From an uncultured virus (IMG/VR IMGVR_UViG_3300027917_000045) (lineage: Duplodnaviria; Heunggongvirae; Uroviricota; Caudoviricetes), in IMG/VR virus record IMGVR_UViG_3300027917_000045: a stretch of 20,000 bases of DNA; one strand, given 5' to 3'. Shown here in pieces: positions 8,716-16,975 of this stretch. How positions within the stretch are numbered: position 1 is the first letter of the stretch; every line of letters starts with the position of its first letter. The translations under genes and the position numbers were made by a program. The notes beneath the pieces were generated by a model, which made no database searches, was not told the origin of the DNA, and worked only from the letters and a program-made list of their open reading frames with translations.

Positions 8716-9984
8716 ATGGCAGCCACACAGGCTGATCTGTCTCGTCTAGACGCGATCTTGAAAGACCGTGATCTGATTGACGGTGTACAGGAAGCTATTA
8801 ACAAGGCGACTCCCTTTGCCGAGAGCATCACTCAAGAACTAACGATGTCTGGGCGTAAGGGAATCTTCCCCGTTTCCTTCGGGGTAAACGAGGGTATCTT
8901 TGCCCGTGCGGACAAGGGTTCCTTCGGTGATTCACAGGTTGACCAGCCCGATCTGGCAGAGGTCTACACGAAGTTTGTGTATGCCCTGTTTGAGATCTCT
9001 GGCCCGACCATGAGCGCGACTAGGGATTCTGAGGGTGCGTTCGAGGACGCGCTGGCTCTCCAGCTAGAGCAGACCATTGACGGCGTGAAGCTGGATATGG
9101 CTCGGATGATCCTGAATGCGAACCACACCGCAGCTGGTGATGGTGTCATCGCGCTGGTGCAGTCCAAGACTGACACCGATACCATCATAATCGACAGTCC
9201 GTTTGGGCTGACGACTTATATGGGCAACGTCGATGTTAAGAACGTGATTCGTAAGACTCAGGCTCTTGACGTTATCGACACGACTTCCCCTCCGACTACT
9301 AAGCACCACAATAATAACACTGTTGCTGGTGTTTCCCATTCTGGTACAGGTACCACGATTGATTTTGATGCTGTTGAGGCTACGGCCCCGGCTGATGGCG
9401 ACTACGTGACCCGTGCTGGTAACTGGGGTAATGAGCCTGATGGGTTCTTCTCTGCTGTAGCCACAGCGGCTCAGTCTGCAAACTACCTGAACATCCCGCG
9501 TGCTGGTAACGATGGGTGGGAAGGCCAGCTTGTTGACGCCACCGATGGTGGGAGCACTGCTGTTCCTCTTGATCCTGATATGCTTCGGGATTCGGTTGAC
9601 CAGATCATGGAAATCTCTGGCCACGCGCCTGAGTTTATCGTGTGTAACTACAAGCAGCGTCGAAATATCTACAATCTGTATGCACCTCAGATTCGATATG
9701 CCCCGATGGTTCTGCCCAGTGGTCTTCGTGAAGATACACTGAGGTTTGACGACATGCCCGTGATGGTTGAGCGGTTCTTCCCGCCTCAGCATATCGGCTT
9801 CGTCAATACGGCTTACTGGTACCACGCCATCGACAAGGATGTTGAATGGATTCAGGGCCTCAACGGCACTGTCCTTCACTTCGATGGTGATGCGGACCTG
9901 TTTAAGGCCGTTCTTCGCACGTACCGGAACCTCGTGTGCTTCTATCCGGCTACGCAGGGTTATCTGTACGGCGTCGAAGAGTAG
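8716..9984 (+). CDS. Major capsid protein (HK97 fold inferred)
   Basis: 422 aa, after the scaffold, with AGGAG RBS. Segments typical of HK97-fold capsid proteins (N-terminal LDAILKD, YALFEISGPTMSAT...GAFEDAL, C-terminal PVMVERFFP...YRNLVCFYPATQGYL). Central Thr-rich insertion. Confidence 0.9.
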   Translation: MAATQADLSRLDAILKDRDLIDGVQEAINKATPFAESITQELTMSGRKGIFPVSFGVNEGIFARADKGSFGDSQVDQPDLAEVYTKFVYALFEISGPTMSATRDSEGAFEDALALQLEQTIDGVKLDMARMILNANHTAAGDGVIALVQSKTDTDTIIIDSPFGLTTYMGNVDVKNVIRKTQALDVIDTTSPPTTKHHNNNTVAGVSHSGTGTTIDFDAVEATAPADGDYVTRAGNWGNEPDGFFSAVATAAQSANYLNIPRAGNDGWEGQLVDATDGGSTAVPLDPDMLRDSVDQIMEISGHAPEFIVCNYKQRRNIYNLYAPQIRYAPMVLPSGLREDTLRFDDMPVMVERFFPPQHIGFVNTAYWYHAIDKDVEWIQGLNGTVLHFDGDADLFKAVLRTYRNLVCFYPATQGYLYGVEE

Positions 9985-9996
9985 GAGGAGTAGATC

Positions 9997-10413
9997 ATGC
10001 CTAGTCCTAAGAGAAAGGCACATGCTGTTCTATTGAACCCGAACGTGGGTTCGTGGAGGCAGTTGCTCGGCTTCAGTTGTGAGCTGTTGACTACAACCAC
10101 CACGTTTCCTCTGCTCGTGTGTCCGTTCCGGCTTCGAGTCAAAGCGGCTAGCTACGGTCAGACGGCTGACGCAGCGGCTACTGCTATGGATCTGAAGTTG
10201 AGGAACGAAACGCAGTCCCAAGATCTTACAGCTGCACTGGATATTGCTGCGCTGGGTGCCCTCGCAGGCGCACAGTTCGTGATGGACAGTACAGGTGAGG
10301 ATCTAATCTGTGAGGCCGGTGATGTGATCAACTTGGTCAATACAGTGGACACAGGTACCACCGCTCCCGGCGAAGTCCAAGTAGTTATGGACATTGAACG
10401 CTTAGATACATAG
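9997..10413 (+). CDS. Probable capsid decoration/cement protein
   Basis: 138 aa immediately after the MCP with GGAGGAG RBS. Beta-sandwich-like pattern (LLVCPFRLRVKAASY...EAGDVINLVNT...VQVVMDIE). Confidence 0.55.
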   Translation: MPSPKRKAHAVLLNPNVGSWRQLLGFSCELLTTTTTFPLLVCPFRLRVKAASYGQTADAAATAMDLKLRNETQSQDLTAALDIAALGALAGAQFVMDSTGEDLICEAGDVINLVNTVDTGTTAPGEVQVVMDIERLDT

Positions 10414-10423
10414 GAGTAAGATA

Positions 10424-10693
10424 ATGCCTGCTGGAGTTCTCGGACCCCAAAGCCCTATGGCACAAAACGCAAAGGCAGAGCAGGCTATCCCCGGCCCAGC
10501 GGCATCTATCGGTAACCCGATGGGTGCCGCCCCTGCGGGGGTAGAAGAGCTGTTACTAGCTCTGCGGTCTGGTAATATCAGTGCCGAAATGCTCCTACAG
10601 TTCATCGCCCAACTTACAGGTGGTGGACCACAGATGCCCCCCGGTGGGGCGGGACAGGCCGGAGCCCCTGTAGAGTCTGCCTTTTTCGGGTAG
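10424..10693 (+). CDS. Pro/Gly/Ala-rich hypothetical protein
   Basis: 89 aa with AGGAG RBS. Disordered ends around a short helical core (VEELLLALRSGNISAEMLLQFIAQL). Confidence 0.65.
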   Translation: MPAGVLGPQSPMAQNAKAEQAIPGPAASIGNPMGAAPAGVEELLLALRSGNISAEMLLQFIAQLTGGGPQMPPGGAGQAGAPVESAFFG

Positions 10694-10699
10694 ACTACG

Positions 10700-10987
10700 A
10701 TGAGTACACTAGAGGTAGTCGGTGTAATCACACTGGCCTTGCTGTTCACAACAGTATTAGGTCGGTTTGTATGGGTAGTCTGGCGAGCTGCGACTGTGAC
10801 TCAAGAGATGAAGAGCAAGATAGCTGAGCTTACTCTGCATGTAACCAACCATATCCCTCACCGACTTGATGGATTAAGGAACGAGTTGCACGCTGTTGCG
10901 GAGCGGCTATCTTTGCATGAAGAACGAGAAGAAAAGCACTGGGAGTTACTAACTAAGGTGCTTACAACCAAAAACGACAAGAGGTAA
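10700..10987 (+). CDS. Single-TM plus coiled-coil protein (holin/lysis-accessory-like)
   Basis: N-terminal TM (VVGVITLALLFTTVLGRFVWVVW) followed by a heptad-like helix (NHIPHRLDGLRNELHAVAERL). Confidence 0.55.
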   Translation: MSTLEVVGVITLALLFTTVLGRFVWVVWRAATVTQEMKSKIAELTLHVTNHIPHRLDGLRNELHAVAERLSLHEEREEKHWELLTKVLTTKNDKR

Positions 10988-10991
10988 GAAT

Positions 10992-11198
10992 ATGATGAAG
11001 GCACTTGCAAGGTTGGGTATCGCATTGGGTACTGGTCTTGCTACATGGGTACTGGCGTTTTTCAGTGGTGGAGATGCTATTCCGTTTCTGACTGACGCTT
11101 TTGGTGATCCCGCGATTGCTGGGATCGTGGCTGGTGGCGTGTCTTGGGTGGTTGGCTATCTAGTCAAACTCATCCCTAAAGAAGATGCGACTTCGTAA
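10992..11198 (+). CDS. Two-TM small membrane protein (holin-like)
   Basis: 68 aa with two hydrophobic helices and a charged C terminus. GAGGT RBS. Tandem ATG ATG start. Confidence 0.6.
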   Translation: MMKALARLGIALGTGLATWVLAFFSGGDAIPFLTDAFGDPAIAGIVAGGVSWVVGYLVKLIPKEDATS

Positions 11199-11299
11199 TG
11201 AAGCCTTGGATAGCGTACTGTCTCGGTGTACTGACAGGTATAATCATTGTCTGTATAGTACTGTTCATTGAGTTTCTCAACGCAAGATGGCCGAGCTAA
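11198..11299 (+). CDS. 33-aa single-TM peptide (not in supplied track)
   Basis: TAATG overlaps at both ends (11198 and 11299). MKPWIAYCLGVLTGIIIVCIVLFIEFLNARWPS*. Confidence 0.7.
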   Translation: MKPWIAYCLGVLTGIIIVCIVLFIEFLNARWPS

Positions 11300-11580
11300 T
11301 GTTATCCAGATTCAATAAATGGTTAGCTGACCTACCAACGACCAATTGGATTCGCTTGGTAGGCAGCTTTCTCATTGTCGGTACTGGTATCGTGGTCTGG
11401 GTTCTTGCTTTGCGTGGTAACGAGTGGGACCACTTCGCGTTTGGGGAGTGGCTGATCTTTCTAGCAGCACTGGAAGGTATCAATTACCGCCAGTTCAAAG
11501 CTAAGCGTGAGTCTGACTACGGATACCTAGAACGTAAGAACGGTAACGGAGCAGAACATGCCGGACCCAAACCCGAATGA
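11299..11580 (+). CDS. Two-TM membrane protein (holin-like)
   Basis: Start moved from 11287 to the TAATG-coupled ATG at 11299. TM1 LVGSFLIVGTGIVVWVLAL, second hydrophobic segment FAFGEWLIFLAAL, basic/polar tail. Confidence 0.6.
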   Translation: MLSRFNKWLADLPTTNWIRLVGSFLIVGTGIVVWVLALRGNEWDHFAFGEWLIFLAALEGINYRQFKAKRESDYGYLERKNGNGAEHAGPKPE

Positions 11581-11911
11581 AGTAGACAATAGAACTCCAC
11601 AGTTCGTTCAGGATGCTATTGGTCAGGGTGCATTCAATGCTATAGGTGATGATGTTACTAACATGGCCTTCCTTGGTGGGCTCCTAACCAATGCTCCTCT
11701 CATGCTGGGGCTGCTTGGTGGTACTTATGGCCTTAGAAAGCTGTTTGGGCTACTTGGTGGCCAGAGTAAAGAGGACAAGATAGAGTCGGCTTTTGAGGGT
11801 GTGACCGTCAGTCCTAAAGTAGAGGAACCTACACTAAGCACGGAACGTGAGGGTTTCATTCGTGTAAAGCCTGAGTTAGTAGAGACTTCTTTCATCAAGG
11901 GTGTACGCTAG
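11558..11911 (+). CDS. Hypothetical protein with Gly/Leu-rich hydrophobic segment
   Basis: 117 aa with GGAG RBS. Central MAFLGGLLTNAPLMLGLLGGTYGL could be a TM or membrane-active segment. Confidence 0.6.
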   Translation: MPDPNPNEVDNRTPQFVQDAIGQGAFNAIGDDVTNMAFLGGLLTNAPLMLGLLGGTYGLRKLFGLLGGQSKEDKIESAFEGVTVSPKVEEPTLSTEREGFIRVKPELVETSFIKGVR

Positions 11912-12579
11912 TGGCTAACGGACAAGACCCCCAAGACCCGGGTAAGCTCCATGATCGTCTAATCAAGAAGCTAACTGAAGGTGCCTTCGCTGATACAGTT
12001 GAGTCTGTAACGGAAGGTCCGTTTCGTAAGGTAGAGTTCTTGGCAGAGAGTGATTACTACGCTGGTCGCTATGTCTCTCCATACGAAACGGAAGAGAGTC
12101 GCGGTGGCCGTACTGGTATGATCTCGTTGCATCCAGATCTAGCAGACACTAGTTTCTACAAAAGCATACCAGAGAGTGAGAGAAAAGAGTTTTCAGAAGA
12201 TTTGATACGGGATATTTATTTGCATGAGGCAGGGCATGGTGCGTTTGTGCGTGGATTAGTACCTGAACCTGTTTTCACTTCCGCTTACAAGAAGTGGAAT
12301 GAGGCTGACAGGCCGACACAAGGTTATATGTCTGCTCGTACATCGCATGAGTTTGCTGCTCAGCGGGTAGCTGACTCTATGACCTTTCTCTCTGCTACAG
12401 CGGGACTACCAACTGAAGAAGCACGTAAGCGTTTGGATGTGTTAGAGGAAGGTTCTCCCGGCCTCACTGATTTTGTTGATCATTTTGTTAATGCAGCCGA
12501 GATCTACTCAGAACACCCATTGAGGGAGAACAAGCCTAGCGTGTTCAGTAGAATACTCGGCGTAATCAAGGGGAAGTAA
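11911..12579 (+). CDS. Putative zincin-like metallopeptidase
   Basis: GTG start overlaps the upstream TAG (TAGTG). IYLHEAGH (HExxH, 12223-12237) follows GMISLHP, with downstream GYMSARTSHEFAAQ supplying a candidate third ligand Glu. Confidence 0.65.
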   Translation: MANGQDPQDPGKLHDRLIKKLTEGAFADTVESVTEGPFRKVEFLAESDYYAGRYVSPYETEESRGGRTGMISLHPDLADTSFYKSIPESERKEFSEDLIRDIYLHEAGHGAFVRGLVPEPVFTSAYKKWNEADRPTQGYMSARTSHEFAAQRVADSMTFLSATAGLPTEEARKRLDVLEEGSPGLTDFVDHFVNAAEIYSEHPLRENKPSVFSRILGVIKGK

Positions 12580-13121
12580 TGGAGACTGTGTGGGTAGGCT
12601 TTGATGGCTGTGGCAGGGACCCTAGCTGGGACTTTGATTTGAAGCTAAAGGACTTCAACCATAGCCAAGGTACACCCCACGTTGCTTGTATATGGAATCC
12701 TACATGTAGACTAGTTTCTATAGTACGAACGTCACGGGATGGTCTGGGCCGTAAAGGTCTAGTCGTGGATGGTATATACATGCCGGGGTGGGATGTAGGA
12801 GTGGTACTGGACGGGTTACCTCCGAGTTACTACTCTGAGGGAAAGTATCTGTCTAATGGGTTCTTTTTCTTTCGAGTGTTCGACTGGCTAGAACCTTTGG
12901 ATGACAGAGTATTTGAGTTCCTACACCTAGCTGATACTGCTAACGGTAGGGGGATAGCTACTCCTATAGAGCGTATCGAAGCGAGGGAGAGACTCAAAGA
13001 ACAGGAGCAGAAGAAGGACAATTTGATGCGTGCCTATGCTGTTACAGAGCATTTTGCAGGCTACGACAACCTGACAGTTGGACCGGGAACTCGTGGTAAC
13101 TGGCGGCACAGGATACGCTAA
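12579..13121 (+). CDS. Hypothetical protein
   Basis: 180 aa, TAATG-coupled, with a short C-terminal coiled coil (IERIEARERLKEQEQKK). No motif recognised. Confidence 0.7.
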   Translation: METVWVGFDGCGRDPSWDFDLKLKDFNHSQGTPHVACIWNPTCRLVSIVRTSRDGLGRKGLVVDGIYMPGWDVGVVLDGLPPSYYSEGKYLSNGFFFFRVFDWLEPLDDRVFEFLHLADTANGRGIATPIERIEARERLKEQEQKKDNLMRAYAVTEHFAGYDNLTVGPGTRGNWRHRIR

Positions 13122-13147
13122 CTCTAACGGAGATAAGGAGATACAAG

Positions 13148-13435
13148 ATGGGCCATTATGGGTTTCGGAAGAAAGGTGAGAACTCGCGGTTGGTAGTTAG
13201 GCCGATGAAGTCGAAGCCAGCCGCAGTCGTCGCACCTCTGGAGGGTCAGACTGTGAGCCTAGAGGGTAACACAAAGAAGGTTCATGCCTGCACTCTTTGC
13301 GAGGCTAAGATATTCCCCAAGCCGGGGCTTGTTGCTGCACATTTCGCTCGTATGCACAACGATCTGGTGGAGGACAAGAACACTTGGCGCAGATACCACG
13401 AAGTCAGGGAGGTACAGATTGACGCTAACAGTTAG
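13148..13435 (+). CDS. Small protein with C2H2-type zinc finger
   Basis: AAGGAG RBS. CTLC-x13-H-x4-H (CTLCEAKIFPKPGLVAAHFARMH). Basic N terminus. Confidence 0.7.
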   Translation: MGHYGFRKKGENSRLVVRPMKSKPAAVVAPLEGQTVSLEGNTKKVHACTLCEAKIFPKPGLVAAHFARMHNDLVEDKNTWRRYHEVREVQIDANS

Positions 13436-14090
13436 CGATCTAATTCAGGATGCTGAAACACTAGCATATCCACACGTTGGACCGCAGAAGCCTGCTCGGG
13501 GGCCGTTACTGCGTGCTTTGTCTGCTCTTGACGCGAGCTTCGCCCGAGAGATTGCCAACGCTCGTCCAGAACTACTCTCAACCCAAGCATCAGAGATCAC
13601 TGTAGGTGATAATGCTGCTAACCTAGCTGGGTACGCCCTTACATCTGCACTCAGCTGGACGGACTTCAAGTACGTAGACAAAGATGCTGCTGTGTATGAC
13701 CTGTATATCGTACCTGAGAGGTTCTACGATGAACCGCAACAGAATCCTAGCTGCATCATTCAGGGTACTACACTGTTGCCGTGTGATCCCAACGAGAAAA
13801 GGTGGGATGGTACGACTCAGCGTATATTCTTCATAGGGGATGGAGATAAGATTATGTACAACTATATTCCGTTCCCTGCTACATTGGATGGACTAACCTC
13901 TACACTGGTGAGTCCTGATTTTGCTAGAGATTGGTTCGTTTGGTCGCTGGTTCTACAGATCGCTCTGGCAAACGGAGCAGATGAGATGAGCATTGGCAAG
14001 ATCAAGGAAGAAGCAGATTTGATGGGGGCCAAGACTCAGTACCAGATCTACAAACAGGTGCCTATGAACTCTAGATTTGGAGAGAAGTAA
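13419..14090 (+). CDS. Head-tail adaptor/ring protein 1 (putative)
   Basis: Start moved from 13284 to the in-frame TTG at 13419, which follows a GGAGGT RBS. N-terminal helix TVSDLIQDAETL and C-terminal YIPFPATL...PDFARDWFVWSL pattern are typical of podovirus-type adaptors. Confidence 0.6.
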   Translation: MTLTVSDLIQDAETLAYPHVGPQKPARGPLLRALSALDASFAREIANARPELLSTQASEITVGDNAANLAGYALTSALSWTDFKYVDKDAAVYDLYIVPERFYDEPQQNPSCIIQGTTLLPCDPNEKRWDGTTQRIFFIGDGDKIMYNYIPFPATLDGLTSTLVSPDFARDWFVWSLVLQIALANGADEMSIGKIKEEADLMGAKTQYQIYKQVPMNSRFGEK

Positions 14091-14794
14091 TGGCTTACAC
14101 TGCTCAGGACGTGGTTGATTTGGCTGTACAGCGTTCGGCTTTGAACGATGCTGACTTAGTGCCAGACGCCCAGCTACTTGGCTACATAACCAACAGCGAA
14201 CGCCGGATCTATCTATTAGGAGCAAGGTTGAATCCCAACTTCTTTGGCGCTGAAGGTAACACTGCTGTCCGTGCTGATGAGACAGAGCATTGGAACCTAG
14301 CTGCGACTCCCGGCAACATAGCTGCTATCGCAAAGCTAGAAGCTGCTGCTCTTGTGGGAACACCTACTAACCCTACAGTTTCGGTTGGTGACGAGATCAA
14401 CTTGGTTGATTTCAGGTACCCTAACCTGCAAATATCCCCCCGCGCTTATGTGCGCGGTAGAAGGTTGTACGACTGGAACAATGAGCTAAGTACTAATGGT
14501 TCTAACTACGTTAGTCAGGTTAAGGTTTATTACAGCCAGCTACCAGCAGCCATCACGACTATGACTCAGAGCATAAATCTACCAGATGAGTGGATTGACC
14601 TCTTAATTGTGCCGCTAGCTCGTATTCTCTCTCTACGCGATAAGCGAGAGGAAGAAGCTCAGTTCTTCGACCAAGAGTACCAGCTCTTGATAGGTCAGTT
14701 CCAAGAAGAGATGCTGGTCTACGAGTACGGTGCTACTAGAGCTTTAGGTGCCGTACCAGCTATTCCTTTCGCTCCACCGTCTGCAAGGGAGTAA
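14090..14794 (+). CDS. Head-tail adaptor/ring protein 2 (tail tubular protein A-like, putative)
   Basis: TAATG-coupled. TAQDVVDLAVQRS...QLLGYITNSERRIY at the N terminus and YYSQLPAAI...LPDEWIDLLIVPLA...AQFFDQEY at the C terminus. Precedes the nozzle gene. Confidence 0.7.
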   Translation: MAYTAQDVVDLAVQRSALNDADLVPDAQLLGYITNSERRIYLLGARLNPNFFGAEGNTAVRADETEHWNLAATPGNIAAIAKLEAAALVGTPTNPTVSVGDEINLVDFRYPNLQISPRAYVRGRRLYDWNNELSTNGSNYVSQVKVYYSQLPAAITTMTQSINLPDEWIDLLIVPLARILSLRDKREEEAQFFDQEYQLLIGQFQEEMLVYEYGATRALGAVPAIPFAPPSARE

Positions 14795-14797
14795 CCC

Positions 14798-16972
14798 ATG
14801 CCTCGTTTACGAGCTTATCCTATTGCGATGGAAGGAGGGCTTCAGGATTCTAAGCCTATTCCAGAAGTCGGTGACCTCTCTAAACTAGAGAACTTCGCTC
14901 TGTTCAGGGGTAGGTTTGCCTTGAGGGCTCCGTTTGTGGAGACCTGTCAGTTGGTGGATGAGGTAGGTACTCCTGTAGATCAGGTTATGACTGCCACGTT
15001 CTTTCAAGGGAAAATGTACGTGGTTGCGTACTCTGATGGGCAGAATGATGTATACATATACAGACTGGAGCCTGATGGCACGGCTGAGACTGGTGATTCT
15101 GAATACCCCAACGCTAGCCCTATCGGTACTGCTGTTTGGACTAGTGTCACCACCAATGTACCTATCCCTATCGTAACTGGGTTTCAGGGTGGCGCTCTTG
15201 GGGCTCAGGTTAACAGACTCTACATCGCAGATTACGACCAGAACTATGTGACCAGAATTGTTACTGACCCTGCTGGTACTCCAGCCCTTACTGACCTGAC
15301 TGCCGATCTCAATGCTGATGGTGGTAGCACAGACAAAGTGTTCTTCCATTATGTCATACCTTACCAGTTTCATTTATGGGGAGCAGGGATATACACGAAC
15401 TCTGCGAATGATTTCCCCACAACTGATAAGCCAAGACCTGAATTGTTACGATTCTCTCAGCCGGGGATGGTAGCAAAGACTGATCCTGATTATGGCAGTG
15501 GTACTTCAGAGTGGTGGAAGAATGACTGGCGTGGTATAGGCTCACGAGGAGACAAGATCACCTGTATGGCTGTAGCTGGTCCCTCCCTTATCGTGTTCAA
15601 GCGTAGAGAGACATACCAGATTCAAGGCTATGACGCTGCTTCGTGGGGTCTACATGTGCTCTCAGTGAGGGTGGGAGCTGTAGGTCCTTACGCAGCCTGT
15701 TCTACAGACGATGGGTTCTGTTACTTCTGGTCAGAGAAGGGACCTCATGTCATCACATCTGAAGGTCAGGTGATAGACATCGGTGAGGATATTAGAAAGA
15801 GAGTAGCAGAGGCCGGGATAGACGAGTTCACTGCTGCTGAGTACTCCGCAGATGACGGTATAGTGTACTTCTCCCGCAACGTGGACGCTGCTGCCGCTCC
15901 TAACTGGTACTTAGCGTTTGACCACCGTAGGCAGAAATGGACTGAAGGTCAGTGGTTGGGTAACTCTGGCTCTGCGGTATTGATAAACAACCTTGTTGCT
16001 ATACCTAGTGAGGCTCTAGCTGGTCCTGCTGGTCCTCCGTCTGCTTTCAGTGTAACCAGAGTCAGCGACGACGAGATGGATCTGGCGTGGACCAATGGAG
16101 ACACTTCCCTTGGTGCAGTGACCGAGATCTATCGTAACACGTCTGACATGGCTGATCCTCCTCCTGCTGGTAATATACACGCTACAGTAGGGGCAGGTGT
16201 AGATAGCTACACTGACGATGGTACTGGTGACGAAGGTGTACTATCAGAGAACACTAGGTACTATTACGCTATTCGTCATGTCAAGAACGGGACAGCCTCA
16301 GCTACGGTTGAAGACGACGACTACACTAAGCTGACCGCTCCAAACTCAGTGGTGGCTCAGAACTACGCTACTGGTATTACAGTGGCAGGTAACCGTGGGT
16401 CCTCTGTGACTAATGTTGATGTCACGATCCAACGTAGGTTGCTGCCTAGTGGACTATTTGCTGATGTACACACTATCACCTCTGCCACTGCTACTTGGCA
16501 GTGGAATGACACTACCGTTTCCTGCGGTAGCGAGTATGAGTATCAGGCTAGATGTGAGGAGTCCAGTGGTGGTGACCCGCCATACGATTCTGACTACTCC
16601 AATACAGCCGACAATGAGGCTTGTAAGAGTCCTCCTGTTCTTGGTAAGGTGACTGTTTCTGATCCTACATTGACTGGTAGTTGTCCTATGTCAGAGAACG
16701 CCAGTGTTTCGTATACAGCTTCCAACATAGATCCCGGTGACAAGGTTGTGATCTACAGGAAGCTCAACAGAGACACTTGGGATTATGTTGGAGAGTTCGC
16801 TGCTCAGACTAACGACACTATCAATGTGTATTATCCCTACATTACTGGTGGGGACACTGGCTACTTCCAAGGCCGTGTTGAGCTGTGGGAGGATGGTGTT
16901 ACGTTGGTAGAGACTAAGGATAGTGCTGAGAAAGTTACCTCATACGACAGTGGAGGCCCATGTCCGGAGTAA
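14798..16972 (+). CDS. Tail nozzle/stabilisation protein (P22 gp10/T7 gp12-like) N-terminal part with C-terminal FN3-like domains
   Basis: Begins GGLQD...LENF...LR, then propeller-like blades (LLRFSQPG, GDKITCMAVAGPSLIVFKRRETYQIQG, VGAVGPYA, CYFWSEKG, LAFDHRRQKW). From about 16022 it has FN3-like motifs (PPSAFSVT...DLAWTN...YTD...TRYYYAIR; LTAPNSV...WNDTTV...EYEYQAR). Confidence 0.75.
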   Translation: MPRLRAYPIAMEGGLQDSKPIPEVGDLSKLENFALFRGRFALRAPFVETCQLVDEVGTPVDQVMTATFFQGKMYVVAYSDGQNDVYIYRLEPDGTAETGDSEYPNASPIGTAVWTSVTTNVPIPIVTGFQGGALGAQVNRLYIADYDQNYVTRIVTDPAGTPALTDLTADLNADGGSTDKVFFHYVIPYQFHLWGAGIYTNSANDFPTTDKPRPELLRFSQPGMVAKTDPDYGSGTSEWWKNDWRGIGSRGDKITCMAVAGPSLIVFKRRETYQIQGYDAASWGLHVLSVRVGAVGPYAACSTDDGFCYFWSEKGPHVITSEGQVIDIGEDIRKRVAEAGIDEFTAAEYSADDGIVYFSRNVDAAAAPNWYLAFDHRRQKWTEGQWLGNSGSAVLINNLVAIPSEALAGPAGPPSAFSVTRVSDDEMDLAWTNGDTSLGAVTEIYRNTSDMADPPPAGNIHATVGAGVDSYTDDGTGDEGVLSENTRYYYAIRHVKNGTASATVEDDDYTKLTAPNSVVAQNYATGITVAGNRGSSVTNVDVTIQRRLLPSGLFADVHTITSATATWQWNDTTVSCGSEYEYQARCEESSGGDPPYDSDYSNTADNEACKSPPVLGKVTVSDPTLTGSCPMSENASVSYTASNIDPGDKVVIYRKLNRDTWDYVGEFAAQTNDTINVYYPYITGGDTGYFQGRVELWEDGVTLVETKDSAEKVTSYDSGGPCPE

Positions 16973-16975
16973 ACG

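Noticed and set aside
9982..9999. Decoration gene is in frame with the capsid gene (possible readthrough fusion)
   Set aside because: Two in-frame TAG stops (TAG GAG GAG TAG ATC ATG) intervene, and the spacer is simply a strong GGAGGAG RBS.
9064..10023. 319-aa minus-strand ORF opposite the capsid gene
   Set aside because: It is the antisense shadow of a strongly codon-biased gene, with no recognisable motif or convincing RBS.
13284..13418. Supplied 5' extension of the adaptor ORF
   Set aside because: It overlaps the zinc-finger gene extensively. The in-frame TTG at 13419 has a GGAGGT RBS and gives a size matching the paralog.
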